DNA of 64,000 nt from an uncultured Planctomycetia bacterium (GTDB lineage Bacteria > Omnitrophota > Gorgyraeia > JAFGHF01), in NCBI GenBank assembly GCA_964586605.1, contig CAZPGX010000002.1, positions 11,648 through 75,647 on the forward strand, read 5' to 3'. Made by a program: the position numbers and the translations under genes. Shown piece by piece: positions 10,558-20,396 of the stretch (position 1 is its first letter; every line of letters starts with the position of its first letter). The notes below the pieces were generated by a model, which was not told the DNA's origin, did not search any database, and saw only the letters and a program-made list of their open reading frames with translations.

Positions 10558-11346
10558 TTAATTTTTTAGTTGCTCAATTTCGGCTAAGAACTTTTCTGTA
10601 TCCTTAGTACCTTTAAGATAATATTTCGCCGAGGAACCCTTCCTTCTGCCGACCAAGATACTAATCCCGCCGATTTTGTTCACTGTCCGAAAGGCATCTT
10701 CATCGGTCAAGTCATCTCCGATATATATGGAAAGAATGTTTTTGCTCTTAAGCCTGCGCAGGAGCCAAAGAACGGCTCGGCCCTTACCCCACTCGATAGG
10801 GGGGCGCACCTCCCAGACCTTCTTGCCGCAGGTCAGCTTAATCTTACGCGCAGTTAAATAGGGCTTGGTAATTTGAAAAAAGAGCTTCTCCAGTCTGCGC
10901 AGTTTGCCGCCTTTAACCAGGCGATAATGCAAACTTAAACTTAGATGTTTTTGTTCCAGAGTAGCTTCCGAAAAAGGGGCCAGGCCCCTTTTTAAGCTTC
11001 GAGCAATTTGAGAGATTGCCGGGATAAATCTTTTTGCCTGAGGATAAATAAACCTTTTGCCTTTGCAGGCGATTTCCAGGCCGTGATTGCCGGCAAAAAA
11101 CAAATTTTTTAGGCCCACCTTTTCTTTGATGTCCTTAAGGGAACGGCCGCTGACAATTCCCACAAAAAACGTGCCGTTTTTTGAGATTTTGTTCAAAAGG
11201 AGGCGGATATTTTTACTGAGCTTAGCCTCTTTTGGCCGGGGTTTTATGGGAGTGATTGTGCCGTCAAAGTCTAGACATAAGAGAATGCGCGCCGGGCCCG
11301 ATATCCTCTTTTTTAATTTTTCCCAATCGCCAAAGATGTATCGCAT
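10558..11346 (-). CDS. otsB: Trehalose-6-phosphate phosphatase (HAD-IIB)
   Basis: HAD motif I is LLCLDFDGTIT, and the C-terminus has GDDLTDEDAF. Confidence 0.85.
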   Translation of the reverse strand: MRYIFGDWEKLKKRISGPARILLCLDFDGTITPIKPRPKEAKLSKNIRLLLNKISKNGTFFVGIVSGRSLKDIKEKVGLKNLFFAGNHGLEIACKGKRFIYPQAKRFIPAISQIARSLKRGLAPFSEATLEQKHLSLSLHYRLVKGGKLRRLEKLFFQITKPYLTARKIKLTCGKKVWEVRPPIEWGKGRAVLWLLRRLKSKNILSIYIGDDLTDEDAFRTVNKIGGISILVGRRKGSSAKYYLKGTKDTEKFLAEIEQLKN

Positions 11347-11347
11347 A

Positions 11348-12835
11348 TCAGCGCAAAATCTTTACGGTTTTGGCCAGCTCATTAATAAATTTATTGGCCC
11401 ATCTATAGATGTCGTTTCGCACAATGATCTCGCGCAGCTGTTTCATTCTCCGGGCCTTTTCTTTTTGGGACATCTGCAGGACCTCTCTTAATTTATCGGC
11501 AAAGCCTTCGATATCGTAAGGATTCACCAGCACCGCCTCAGGCAGCTCGCGCGCGGCACCCGTAAAGCGGCTTAGAAGAAGTACTCCGTCCAATTTATTC
11601 TTGGCGCTGATATATTCTTTGGCCACAATATTCATCCCATCGTGCAGGGAACTTACTATACAGACATCTCCCAGGCGGTAAAAGGCCAGGGTCTCGGGGT
11701 GAGAAAGTGTCCGGCGCGTAAAGATTATTGGCGACCAGTTCTCGGTTGAATGCCTCCAGTTAATCTTCTCCACCAGTTCGTTTATCTTGTCGTTTAAATC
11801 CTTATATTGCCAAATATGCACCCGGGAAAGGGCGCCCATTTGAATAAAGACAAAGCGTTCTTTGTACTCCGGATATTTTTCCAGGAACCTGTCAATCGCC
11901 CTTAATCTCTCCGGGATACCTTTGGTATAATCAATGCGGTCTAACCCTAAGATAACCTTCACCTCATCGCTTAAAGAAAATTCTTCTCGAAAATGCGCCG
12001 CGCGGGCCTTGACTGCTTGAGAGCCAACGTTCTCGCTGATTTCTTCAAAATCCACGCTGATAGGAAAGGCCCGAATAACAGTCTCATGGCCGTGGCAAAT
12101 TATCGAAGTCTTCTCTCTGTCAATGCGGGCCTCAATCTCCTTTTCCACCGTGTTAATAAAGTTTGCGTCGTAATAGCGCAGGTGGAAGCCGAGCATATCA
12201 TTAGCCAAGAGACCTTCAAGGATCTCTTTCTTCATCGGGCAAATCCTAAAGGCCTCAGGATTGGGCCAGGGGATGTGCCAAAATTGAGCGCAGATTACGT
12301 CCTTTCTTTTTTCTTTGATATATTTGGCTACCAGGGCCAGATGATAATCCTGAATCCAGACGAAGGCCTTCTCTTTGCCGATTTCTTTCAGGATGGCATC
12401 GGCAAACATCTTATTTACCTTCTGATAATATTCCCAATCTGTCTGTCGAAAGATCGGCCGCGTATATACTACATGGCACAACGGCCAGAGGGCCTGGTTG
12501 GAAAAACCATAATAGTAGCCGTCGGCCTCATCCTTACTCAACCAGATTCTTTTTAAGGTATATTTCGGCTTCTCCGGAGGCAGTTGGACCTTACCCTCTG
12601 CATCGACTGCCCTTCTGTCGGCGCTGCCGCTACCATAGGCAACCCAGGTGCCGCCGCAGGCCTGTAAGATTGAATCTAAGGTATGCGCTGCTCCTCCTGC
12701 GGGCTTAAGATGGGCAACCTTGCCTTCTTTGAGGTAATGAATGTAGGGCTCGCGATTAGAGGCTACGACTACCCGGTAGCCTTCAAGCTTTTCGCGAATA
12801 GCCTTTTGTAGCTTTTGCTTGCTCGTAGCAGGCAT
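11348..12835 (-). CDS. otsA: Alpha,alpha-trehalose-phosphate synthase (GT20)
   Basis: OtsA motifs are present (VVASNREPY, LWPLCH, IQDYHL, HIPWP); 495 aa. Confidence 0.9.
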   Translation of the reverse strand: MPATSKQKLQKAIREKLEGYRVVVASNREPYIHYLKEGKVAHLKPAGGAAHTLDSILQACGGTWVAYGSGSADRRAVDAEGKVQLPPEKPKYTLKRIWLSKDEADGYYYGFSNQALWPLCHVVYTRPIFRQTDWEYYQKVNKMFADAILKEIGKEKAFVWIQDYHLALVAKYIKEKRKDVICAQFWHIPWPNPEAFRICPMKKEILEGLLANDMLGFHLRYYDANFINTVEKEIEARIDREKTSIICHGHETVIRAFPISVDFEEISENVGSQAVKARAAHFREEFSLSDEVKVILGLDRIDYTKGIPERLRAIDRFLEKYPEYKERFVFIQMGALSRVHIWQYKDLNDKINELVEKINWRHSTENWSPIIFTRRTLSHPETLAFYRLGDVCIVSSLHDGMNIVAKEYISAKNKLDGVLLLSRFTGAARELPEAVLVNPYDIEGFADKLREVLQMSQKEKARRMKQLREIIVRNDIYRWANKFINELAKTVKILR

Positions 12836-12836
12836 C

Positions 12837-13313
12837 TTATTTCCTCTTCTTTATTGAGGCAGCAAGTTTCTTTTTAAACTGCGCTAACTTTTCAGCCAGT
12901 AATTTATCTTCCAGGGCCAAAATCTGCGCTGCTAAAATAGCGGCATTTTTGGCGCCGGCTGAGCCGATAGCCATAGCGGCCACCGGTACACCCGAAGGCA
13001 TCTGTACCGTGGAAAATAGCGAATCGATTCCTTTTAAGGCCTTGGTCATCATCGGCACGCCGATAACCGGCAGGGTTGTATGCGCGGCAATTACGCCGGC
13101 CAGGTGTGCTGCCCCCCCGGCACCGGCAATAATTACTTTGATTGCCCTGTTTCTGGCCGAAACTGCATAGTTAATCGTAGCCAGCGGCGTGCGGTGCGCC
13201 GAAAGGACCCTTACCTCCGGTTTGATTCCGAAAGCGTTAAGCATCTTTTCTGCTTCAGACATAACGGGCATATCGGATTTGCTGCCCATTACAATTGCGA
13301 CTTGTGCTTTCAT
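12837..13313 (-). CDS. purE: N5-carboxyaminoimidazole ribonucleotide mutase
   Basis: VAIVMGSKSD...IAGAGGAAHLAG; 158 aa. Confidence 0.9.
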   Translation of the reverse strand: MKAQVAIVMGSKSDMPVMSEAEKMLNAFGIKPEVRVLSAHRTPLATINYAVSARNRAIKVIIAGAGGAAHLAGVIAAHTTLPVIGVPMMTKALKGIDSLFSTVQMPSGVPVAAMAIGSAGAKNAAILAAQILALEDKLLAEKLAQFKKKLAASIKKRK

Positions 13314-14581
13314 TTATTTAACGCCCTCCAGCCGATATCCCGGCGAAAATACATCTTTTCAAAATCTACTTTCTCAATTGCCTCATAGGCGCGAGATTGC
13401 GCCTGGGCGAGATCCTCTCCTAAGGAAACCACATTTAACACCCGCCCGCCTGATGTAAAGACCTTGCCGTTTTCCTGTTTCGTCCCGGCGTGGAAAACAA
13501 CTGTATCTTGAACTTTCTCTGCCCTCTGCAGGCCGGTAATCTCTTTTCCCTTTTCATAATTGCCCGGATAACCTCCGGAAGCCACCACTACGCAGATGCA
13601 GGGGCGCTTATCCCATTTTAAATTAACTTTGTCCAGATTGCCCTCAATCGTTGCCAGCATTACTTCTGTTAAATCGCTCCTTAGCCTGGGTAAAATCACC
13701 TGGGTCTCGGGGTCGCCAAAGCGCACATTGAACTCCAATATCTTCGGGCCGGAGGCAGTAACCATCAGGCCCGCATAAAGCACTCCCGTATATCTTTTGC
13801 CTTCGCTGTTTAATCCCAAAATCAACGGCTGCAAAATCTCTGAGTTAACTCTTTGCTCAAGCTGCGCAGTAACCACAGGGGCAGGTGAATAGGCACCCAT
13901 GCCTCCGGTATTGGGGCCGCGGTCGCCGTCATAAATCCTTTTATGGTCCTGCGAGGAAGCCAAAGAGACGATATTTTTCCCGTCAGAAAATACAAGGATC
14001 GAGGCCTCCTCGCCTTCTAAGCAATCTTCGATTACAACACGCGCTCCCGCATCGCCGAACTGCCTATCCACCATAGCCGTCTTTAAGGCCTGGTACGCTT
14101 CTTCAACATTACTGCAGACAAATACGCCTTTTCCTGCAGCTAGGCCATCGGCCTTGACTACACACGGCGTGCCTTTCTCGCGGATATAATCTGCGGCCTG
14201 TTCTTCATTCTCAAAGGTGCGGAATCCTGCCGTGGGCAGAGAAAAACGGGCCATGGTCTCTTTGGCAAAGACTTTACTTCCTTCTAAAAGAGCGAGTTTT
14301 TGTTGCGGGCCAAAAACTTTTAGGCCGCGCCTTTTGAACTCATCGACAATGCCGGAAACCAAAGGCATCTCCGGCCCGACAACCGTCAAATCAATCTTCC
14401 TCTGGCCGGCAAACTCGCCTAAGGCCTTGATATCGCCCGGGGCAATATGGATATTTTTGGCCAGGCTTTCGCTGCCTGCGTTTCCCGGAGCGCAGAAGAT
14501 TTCCTTAACCCTGTCTGACTGGGCAATCTTCCAGGCCAGGCAATGCTCCCGCCCGCCTGAGCCAATTACTAAAACCTTCAT
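13310..14581 (-). CDS. purD: Phosphoribosylamine--glycine ligase
   Basis: MKVLVIGSGGREH... ATP-grasp; 423 aa. Confidence 0.9.
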   Translation of the reverse strand: MKVLVIGSGGREHCLAWKIAQSDRVKEIFCAPGNAGSESLAKNIHIAPGDIKALGEFAGQRKIDLTVVGPEMPLVSGIVDEFKRRGLKVFGPQQKLALLEGSKVFAKETMARFSLPTAGFRTFENEEQAADYIREKGTPCVVKADGLAAGKGVFVCSNVEEAYQALKTAMVDRQFGDAGARVVIEDCLEGEEASILVFSDGKNIVSLASSQDHKRIYDGDRGPNTGGMGAYSPAPVVTAQLEQRVNSEILQPLILGLNSEGKRYTGVLYAGLMVTASGPKILEFNVRFGDPETQVILPRLRSDLTEVMLATIEGNLDKVNLKWDKRPCICVVVASGGYPGNYEKGKEITGLQRAEKVQDTVVFHAGTKQENGKVFTSGGRVLNVVSLGEDLAQAQSRAYEAIEKVDFEKMYFRRDIGWRALNK

Positions 14582-15597
14582 ACTATTACTTCTCTTTTGC
14601 CCTTAACTATCTCGCCGATTATCCAAGACCTTAGATTAAACTTTTGCCTAAGGAACCTGATAATTCTCCCGGATGTCTTTGGCGAAACTATCAAAACCAT
14701 GCCAATACCCATATTAAAGGTACGCAGCATCTGGCGCGCTTGGAGATGAGCCCGCGATTTAATCTCCTGGAATATATCGGGTATGGGCCAGGAGTTCTTG
14801 CAAAGTTCTACAGCTAATCCATCAGGAATAACCCGGGGGATTTTATCAATAAAGGCGCCGCCGGTGATGTGGGCGATGCCCTTTATAGTTGTAAGTTGTA
14901 AGTTGTAAGTTGTAAGTAAAGATAGGATCGGTTTTGTATAGATTCTTGTGGGAGTTAGAAACTCTTTAGCGCGCCTGTTTAACTCTTTTTTAGAAAATAG
15001 CTTTCTGACTAGAGAATAGCCGTTGGAGTGAAGGCCGGAAGAGGCCAGGCCGATTACCTGGTCGCCCAGTTTTATTCTGGAGCCGTCGATTATTTTATTC
15101 TTCTCCACTACCGCCACGCAAAATCCGGATAAGTCATACTCCCCTTCCTGATAAAAGTCGGGCATCTCGGCGGTTTCGCCGCCGATTAAGGCGCAATTTG
15201 CCTGACGGCATCCGGCGCTGATGCCTTTTACTACATCAACCAATGTCTTCTTCTTGAGTTTTCCCGTAGCAATATAATCCAAGAAAAAAAGCGGCTCAGC
15301 CCCGCAGCAGATACAATCATCCACATTCATCGCTACTAAATCAATACCCACTGTGTCGTGAATGCCGGCTAAAAAGGCCAGTTTGAGCTTTGTGCCTACG
15401 CCGTCGCTTGAGGAAACTAAGACCGGATTTTTGTATCTTTTAGACAACTCAAAAAATCCGCCAAATGAGCCAATGTTGCCCAACCAACCCGGCCGCTGCG
15501 TGGATTTAACCAGGCGTTTAATATCTTTAACAAAGCTTTCGGCCTTATCAATATCCACGCCTGCTTTTTTATATGTTATACTCTTTCTTTTCGCCAC
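14578..15597 (-). CDS. purM: Phosphoribosylformylglycinamidine cyclo-ligase (AIR synthase)
   Basis: PurM motifs are present, and the protein aligns with E. coli PurM (TRIY.K...IAH.TGG). It contains an in-frame heptanucleotide repeat insert. Confidence 0.9.
   Translation of the reverse strand: MAKRKSITYKKAGVDIDKAESFVKDIKRLVKSTQRPGWLGNIGSFGGFFELSKRYKNPVLVSSSDGVGTKLKLAFLAGIHDTVGIDLVAMNVDDCICCGAEPLFFLDYIATGKLKKKTLVDVVKGISAGCRQANCALIGGETAEMPDFYQEGEYDLSGFCVAVVEKNKIIDGSRIKLGDQVIGLASSGLHSNGYSLVRKLFSKKELNRRAKEFLTPTRIYTKPILSLLTTYNLQLTTIKGIAHITGGAFIDKIPRVIPDGLAVELCKNSWPIPDIFQEIKSRAHLQARQMLRTFNMGIGMVLIVSPKTSGRIIRFLRQKFNLRSWIIGEIVKGKREVIV
14887..14917. repeat. Heptanucleotide tandem repeat (AGTTGTA) with 4 perfect copies plus a partial copy, inside purM
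   Basis: It was read directly from the sequence. It encodes LTTYNLQLTT in a loop that is longer than in E. coli PurM. Confidence 0.9.
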
Positions 15598-16301
15598 TAA
15601 CCGAGAACCCTTTTTAATACCTCTTGATAGGCCCCTTCGATGTCGCCTAAATCGCGGCGGAATCTGTCTTTGTCCAACTTTTTATTTGTCTGTTTATCCC
15701 AGAGGCGGCAGGTATCCGGTGAGATTTCGTCGCCTAAAAGGATTTTTCCTTTATGGCGACCGAACTCCAGCTTAAAATCAACAAGCTTCAGGCCTAACCT
15801 GTCAAAAAATTCCTGCAAAATCTTATTAATCTTAAAAGAGTATTGGGCAATTTTATCCATCTCTCTTTTCGTGGCCAGATTCAGGGCATAGATATGGTAT
15901 TCGTTAATTAGAGGGTCATGCAGTGCGTCTTTTTTATAATGGTATTCCAGCACCGGTTCTTTTAGCGCTAGCCCCTCATCAAGTCCCAACTGTTTAGCCA
16001 TGCCTCCGGCAACGATATTGCGAATGGTTACCTCAACCAGGATAATCTCCAATTTCTTCACCAGCATCTCGCGCTCGCTTAGAAGCTTGACAAAATGCGT
16101 AGGCACCCCTTTAGATTCCAAAAGCTTAAAAATACGTACAGAAATTTTATTATTGCAGACGCCTTTGCCTACAATTGTGCCGCGCTTGGTGGCATCAAAG
16201 GCAGTGGCATCATCTTTAAAATCCTGAATTAAAAGGTCGGGGTCATCCGTCTCGTAAACCTTCTTGGCCTTGCCTTCATAGATAAGTTTTCCCTTCTTCA
16301 T
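15597..16301 (-). CDS. purC: SAICAR synthetase
   Basis: 234 aa with a PurC family sequence. Confidence 0.9.
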   Translation of the reverse strand: MKKGKLIYEGKAKKVYETDDPDLLIQDFKDDATAFDATKRGTIVGKGVCNNKISVRIFKLLESKGVPTHFVKLLSEREMLVKKLEIILVEVTIRNIVAGGMAKQLGLDEGLALKEPVLEYHYKKDALHDPLINEYHIYALNLATKREMDKIAQYSFKINKILQEFFDRLGLKLVDFKLEFGRHKGKILLGDEISPDTCRLWDKQTNKKLDKDRFRRDLGDIEGAYQEVLKRVLG

Positions 16302-17590
16302 AGTCCTATTCTCCTGAAAATTTTATCTACATGACGCAGATATGACCTTTGGTCAAAGCAATCTTTGATTTCTTTCTTAGTTAGGTGCCTTGTAATCTGC
16401 GTATCGCCTGTTACTACATCCTTAAAATTTAACTCCGATTCCCAGACCCGGGATGCTGCTTGCTGCACTAAATCGTAACTTCTGGTTCGCGAAATTCCTT
16501 TTCCCATTAGGACCAGAAGCAGCCGTTGCGAGAAAATCAGGCCGCGAGTTTTATTTAGATTTTCTTTCATCTTCTCAGGGTAGACTAGCATATTGTCCAC
16601 AATCCAATTAACCTTGGTTAGCATATAATCAAGCAGGATTGTAGAGTCGGGAATGATTACCCTCTCTACGGAAGAGTGGCTGATATCCCGCTCATGCCAG
16701 AGGGCCACATTCTCCAGCGCCGCCTGGGCATTGCCTCTTAAAATGCGCGCCAGGCCACAGATTCTCTCGCAAAGGATGGGATTACGTTTATGGGGCATCG
16801 CGCTTGAGCCTTTTTGGGTTTTGGTAAAAGGCTCCATGGCCTCATTTACTTCACTGCGCTGTAGATGGCGGATTTCCTGAGCAAATCTTTCTAAGGAAGC
16901 GCCAAGCAGGGCAATCGTTACGATAAACTGGGCGTGGCGGTCGCGCGGAATTACCTGGGTGGTGATAGTTGCGGGTTTAAGATTTACCTTTTTGCAGACA
17001 TAGGCTTCCACAGAAGGGTCAAGATGGGCATATGTGCCTACTGCGCCGGAAATCTTGCCATAGCCCACGGCCTCTTGTGCCTCTTCCAGCCTTTTCAGGT
17101 TGCGTTTCATTTCATCGTAGAAAAGGGCAAATTTTAATCCGAAGGTAATCGGCTCGGCATGAATGCCGTGGGTGCGGCCCACGCAAATAGTCTGTTTATA
17201 TTCTCTGGCACGCCTGGCGCAGGAATGAAGCAGCTTTTTCACATCTTCAATCAAAATCCTGGCTGCCTCTTTTAGGCTCATCGCCAGGGTCGTATCTAAA
17301 AGATCGTTCGAAGTCAAACCAAGGTGGAAATAGCGCGAATCCTGCCCTAAATTTTCGCAAACCTGTGCAACGAAAGCAATTATGTCGTGACGGGTCTTGT
17401 TCTCGAGCTCCTCAATGCGCTCAATATTAATTTTGGCCTTCTGCTTGATATTGATTAAAGCCTGTTTGGGGATTTTGCCTTCGCGGTTCAGGGCCTCACA
17501 AACTAAAAGTTCCACCTCAAGCATCCGGCGAAACTTATTCTGATCCTCCCAAATCCGGCCCATCTTAGGAAGAGTGTATCTTTTTATCAT
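16298..17590 (-). CDS. purB: Adenylosuccinate lyase
   Basis: Fumarate-lyase signature [11 protein letters not shown]; 430 aa. Confidence 0.9.
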   Translation of the reverse strand: MIKRYTLPKMGRIWEDQNKFRRMLEVELLVCEALNREGKIPKQALINIKQKAKINIERIEELENKTRHDIIAFVAQVCENLGQDSRYFHLGLTSNDLLDTTLAMSLKEAARILIEDVKKLLHSCARRAREYKQTICVGRTHGIHAEPITFGLKFALFYDEMKRNLKRLEEAQEAVGYGKISGAVGTYAHLDPSVEAYVCKKVNLKPATITTQVIPRDRHAQFIVTIALLGASLERFAQEIRHLQRSEVNEAMEPFTKTQKGSSAMPHKRNPILCERICGLARILRGNAQAALENVALWHERDISHSSVERVIIPDSTILLDYMLTKVNWIVDNMLVYPEKMKENLNKTRGLIFSQRLLLVLMGKGISRTRSYDLVQQAASRVWESELNFKDVVTGDTQITRHLTKKEIKDCFDQRSYLRHVDKIFRRIGL

Positions 17591-17644
17591 TTTATCCCCC
17601 TTTTAGGAACTTATATTATACCAGATATGGTAGTGTCCAGTCAA

Positions 17645-17690
17645 ACGAAAATAAAAAATCCCCACAGCTTGAAGCTATGGGGATTTCAAG
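17645..17690 (-). terminator. Rho-independent terminator directly downstream of the tRNA-fMet 3' end
   Basis: On the minus strand a 13-bp stem (ATCCCCA(C/T)AGCTT / AAGCTATGGGGAT) is followed by UUUUUUAUUUU. It begins immediately after the encoded CCA. Confidence 0.75.
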
Positions 17691-17734
17691 ATGGTAGCGG
17701 GGGGCCGATTTGAACGGCCGACCTTCAGGTTATG

Positions 17735-18378
17735 CCTACCACTACAGCTTTCGCTGCTTCCCCACCACAAAAGTTCCGTGGTGACAAATTTGTAGTCTGG
17801 ACTATACCTTAACCCCGAATCTTCGGGGTCCCTGCCATCTAGTCTCTACACCTTCCCTCGTTTTAGAGGGCTTGGCTCGGCATTGCCTTGAAATGACATC
17901 GAGGGTTTCACCGAATTTGACAGGTTACCCTTCAAGCGTTACCGCCTGAGGAGCCCATTGGACAATAAATCCCATCGCTCTCTGTAATCTGCTGACTTTG
18001 GTCTGCGTTGCCTTTTATCTGATTCTACAAATGTTATGCTACTTCCATAACGAGAAAAGACAGATATAGGCATTACATAGAACACATTTAAGTCAGCAAC
18101 ATAAGCAATTGCAAAATCAAAATCATTCGTATCGTAACGTTGCCTCAACATATGTCGGCGATTTGTCTTAGTTCGACGCACATCAACATTATAACATTTT
18201 GTCTTCGCGTTAAACCAAGCGCTCTTCACCTGAATACGTATGAGTTTTCTGTCAAGATCGACTGCCAAATCATACGCTAATCGATCTCCAACAGGCCGCA
18301 GCACCCTAAAGCCTCTTTTTAGAAGCTCGGTCGCGACAGCTGATTCTGCAATGTCGGCTTTGAGCTTTGTGTCCATTG
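17735..18378 (-). mobile_element. Group I (IC3-like) self-splicing intron, 644 nt, in the anticodon loop of tRNA-fMet (between U33 and C34, +/-1 nt)
   Basis: The 3' ~200 nt carry a recognisable group I core. The motifs GUCAAAUUCGGUGAAACC, GCAAUGCCGAGCCAAGC and GAAGGUGUAGAGACUAGAUGGCA are followed by a P8 hairpin (ACCCCGAAGAUUCGGGGU) and then by the S-like element AAGGUAUAGUCC. They closely match the Azoarcus pre-tRNA-Ile and cyanobacterial tRNA introns as recalled from memory. The ORF fills the 5' portion. Confidence 0.8.
17939..18376 (-). CDS. Intron-encoded putative homing endonuclease, PD-(D/E)XK family (I-Ssp6803I-like candidate), 145 aa
   Basis: The AUG lies at intron nt 3-5 (MDTKLKAD...). 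The sequence YDLAVDL...RIQVKS fits a D...(D/E)xK nuclease motif. The upstream 19 aa of the six-frame ORF (MIPFVEQRG...) are simply tRNA exon 1 translated. Confidence 0.65.
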   Translation of the reverse strand: MDTKLKADIAESAVATELLKRGFRVLRPVGDRLAYDLAVDLDRKLIRIQVKSAWFNAKTKCYNVDVRRTKTNRRHMLRQRYDTNDFDFAIAYVADLNVFYVMPISVFSRYGSSITFVESDKRQRRPKSADYRERWDLLSNGLLRR

Positions 18379-18465
18379 AGCCTGACGAGCTACCGGACTG
18401 CTCTACCCCGCGTTGTTCTACAAATGGTATCATATTTAACCGCTTAAGTCAACTTCTTTCTTATC

Positions 18466-18804
18466 TTACGATGTCTGCAAAAACCGCGCTAACTTCTCTT
18501 CAAAATCGGACGACTTGAAACCTGCCGGCCGGCCGGCCGGGCCGGATTTGGCTCTCTGGGAATCAGCCCTGAGGCCTTTCATGGTTAAATCAATCTTCCT
18601 GCCCGGACCCAGCTTAATTATTCTGGCCTTGACCCTATCGCCTACCTTAAGATGCTCATTAACATTCTTGACGTAGTCATCGGAGATCTGGGAAATATGG
18701 ATTAAACCGTTACCTCTGCCGTAAATCTTAACAAAGGCGCCAAAGTCCGTAATCTTGGCGACCTCTGCTTCTACCATTTCGCCTATTTTAAAAACCGTCG
18801 TCAT
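18466..18804 (-). CDS. S1 RNA-binding domain protein (YugI / general stress protein 13-like)
   Basis: S1 OB-fold (GEMVEAEVAKITDFGAFVKI...GLIHISQI) with a basic C-terminal tail. Confidence 0.75.
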   Translation of the reverse strand: MTTVFKIGEMVEAEVAKITDFGAFVKIYGRGNGLIHISQISDDYVKNVNEHLKVGDRVKARIIKLGPGRKIDLTMKGLRADSQRAKSGPAGRPAGFKSSDFEEKLARFLQTS

Positions 18805-18816
18805 AACCTGAAGAAT

Positions 18817-20396
<1,580 letters not shown>

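Larger units (their letters stand above)
17692..18412 (-). tRNA. Initiator tRNA-fMet(CAU) gene interrupted by a group I intron. Exon 1 is 18412..18379 (34 nt) and exon 2 is 17734..17692 (43 nt, CCA encoded).
   Basis: The spliced product is CGCGGGGUAGAGCAGUCCGGUAGCUCGUCAGGCU|CAUAACCUGAAGGUCGGCCGUUCAAAUCGGCCCCCCGCUACCA. It is near-identical to E. coli tRNA-fMet and carries initiator marks: an unpaired 1:72 (C1 opposite U72), A11:U24, and G-C-rich anticodon-stem base. Exon 1 ends in U and the intron ends in G, as group I splice-site rules require. Confidence 0.85.

Noticed and set aside
17787-17812. A second AGACUACA motif after the S-like element looked like a misplaced group I R element.
   Set aside because: It pairs with a downstream UGUAGU and flanks a CCACGG...UGUGG hairpin. 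This is consistent with P9 and peripheral helices rather than P7.
17692-17960. I first read the tRNA-like 3' end (T-loop UUCAAAU, CCA, followed by a terminator), together with upstream GAAACC...GCAAUGCCGAG, as a tmRNA (ssrA).
   Set aside because: No 5' GGGG acceptor strand and no plausible tag ORF ending in AA could be found. The same segments instead match group I intron core elements. A canonical tRNA-fMet 5' half lies 644 nt upstream at 18379..18412, so the split-tRNA interpretation explains everything.
18377-18433. N-terminal 19 residues (MIPFVEQRGVEQSGSSSGS) of the six-frame ORF 17939..18433.
   Set aside because: They are simply the translation of tRNA exon 1 and flanking sequence. The intron ORF most plausibly begins at the AUG at 18376.
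18527-18547. (CCGG)n tetranucleotide run, checked as a possible CRISPR or repeat element.
   Set aside because: It is a short simple repeat inside the S1-domain gene, encoding a GPAGRPAG linker, with no spacer structure. No CRISPR-like array exists anywhere in the window.
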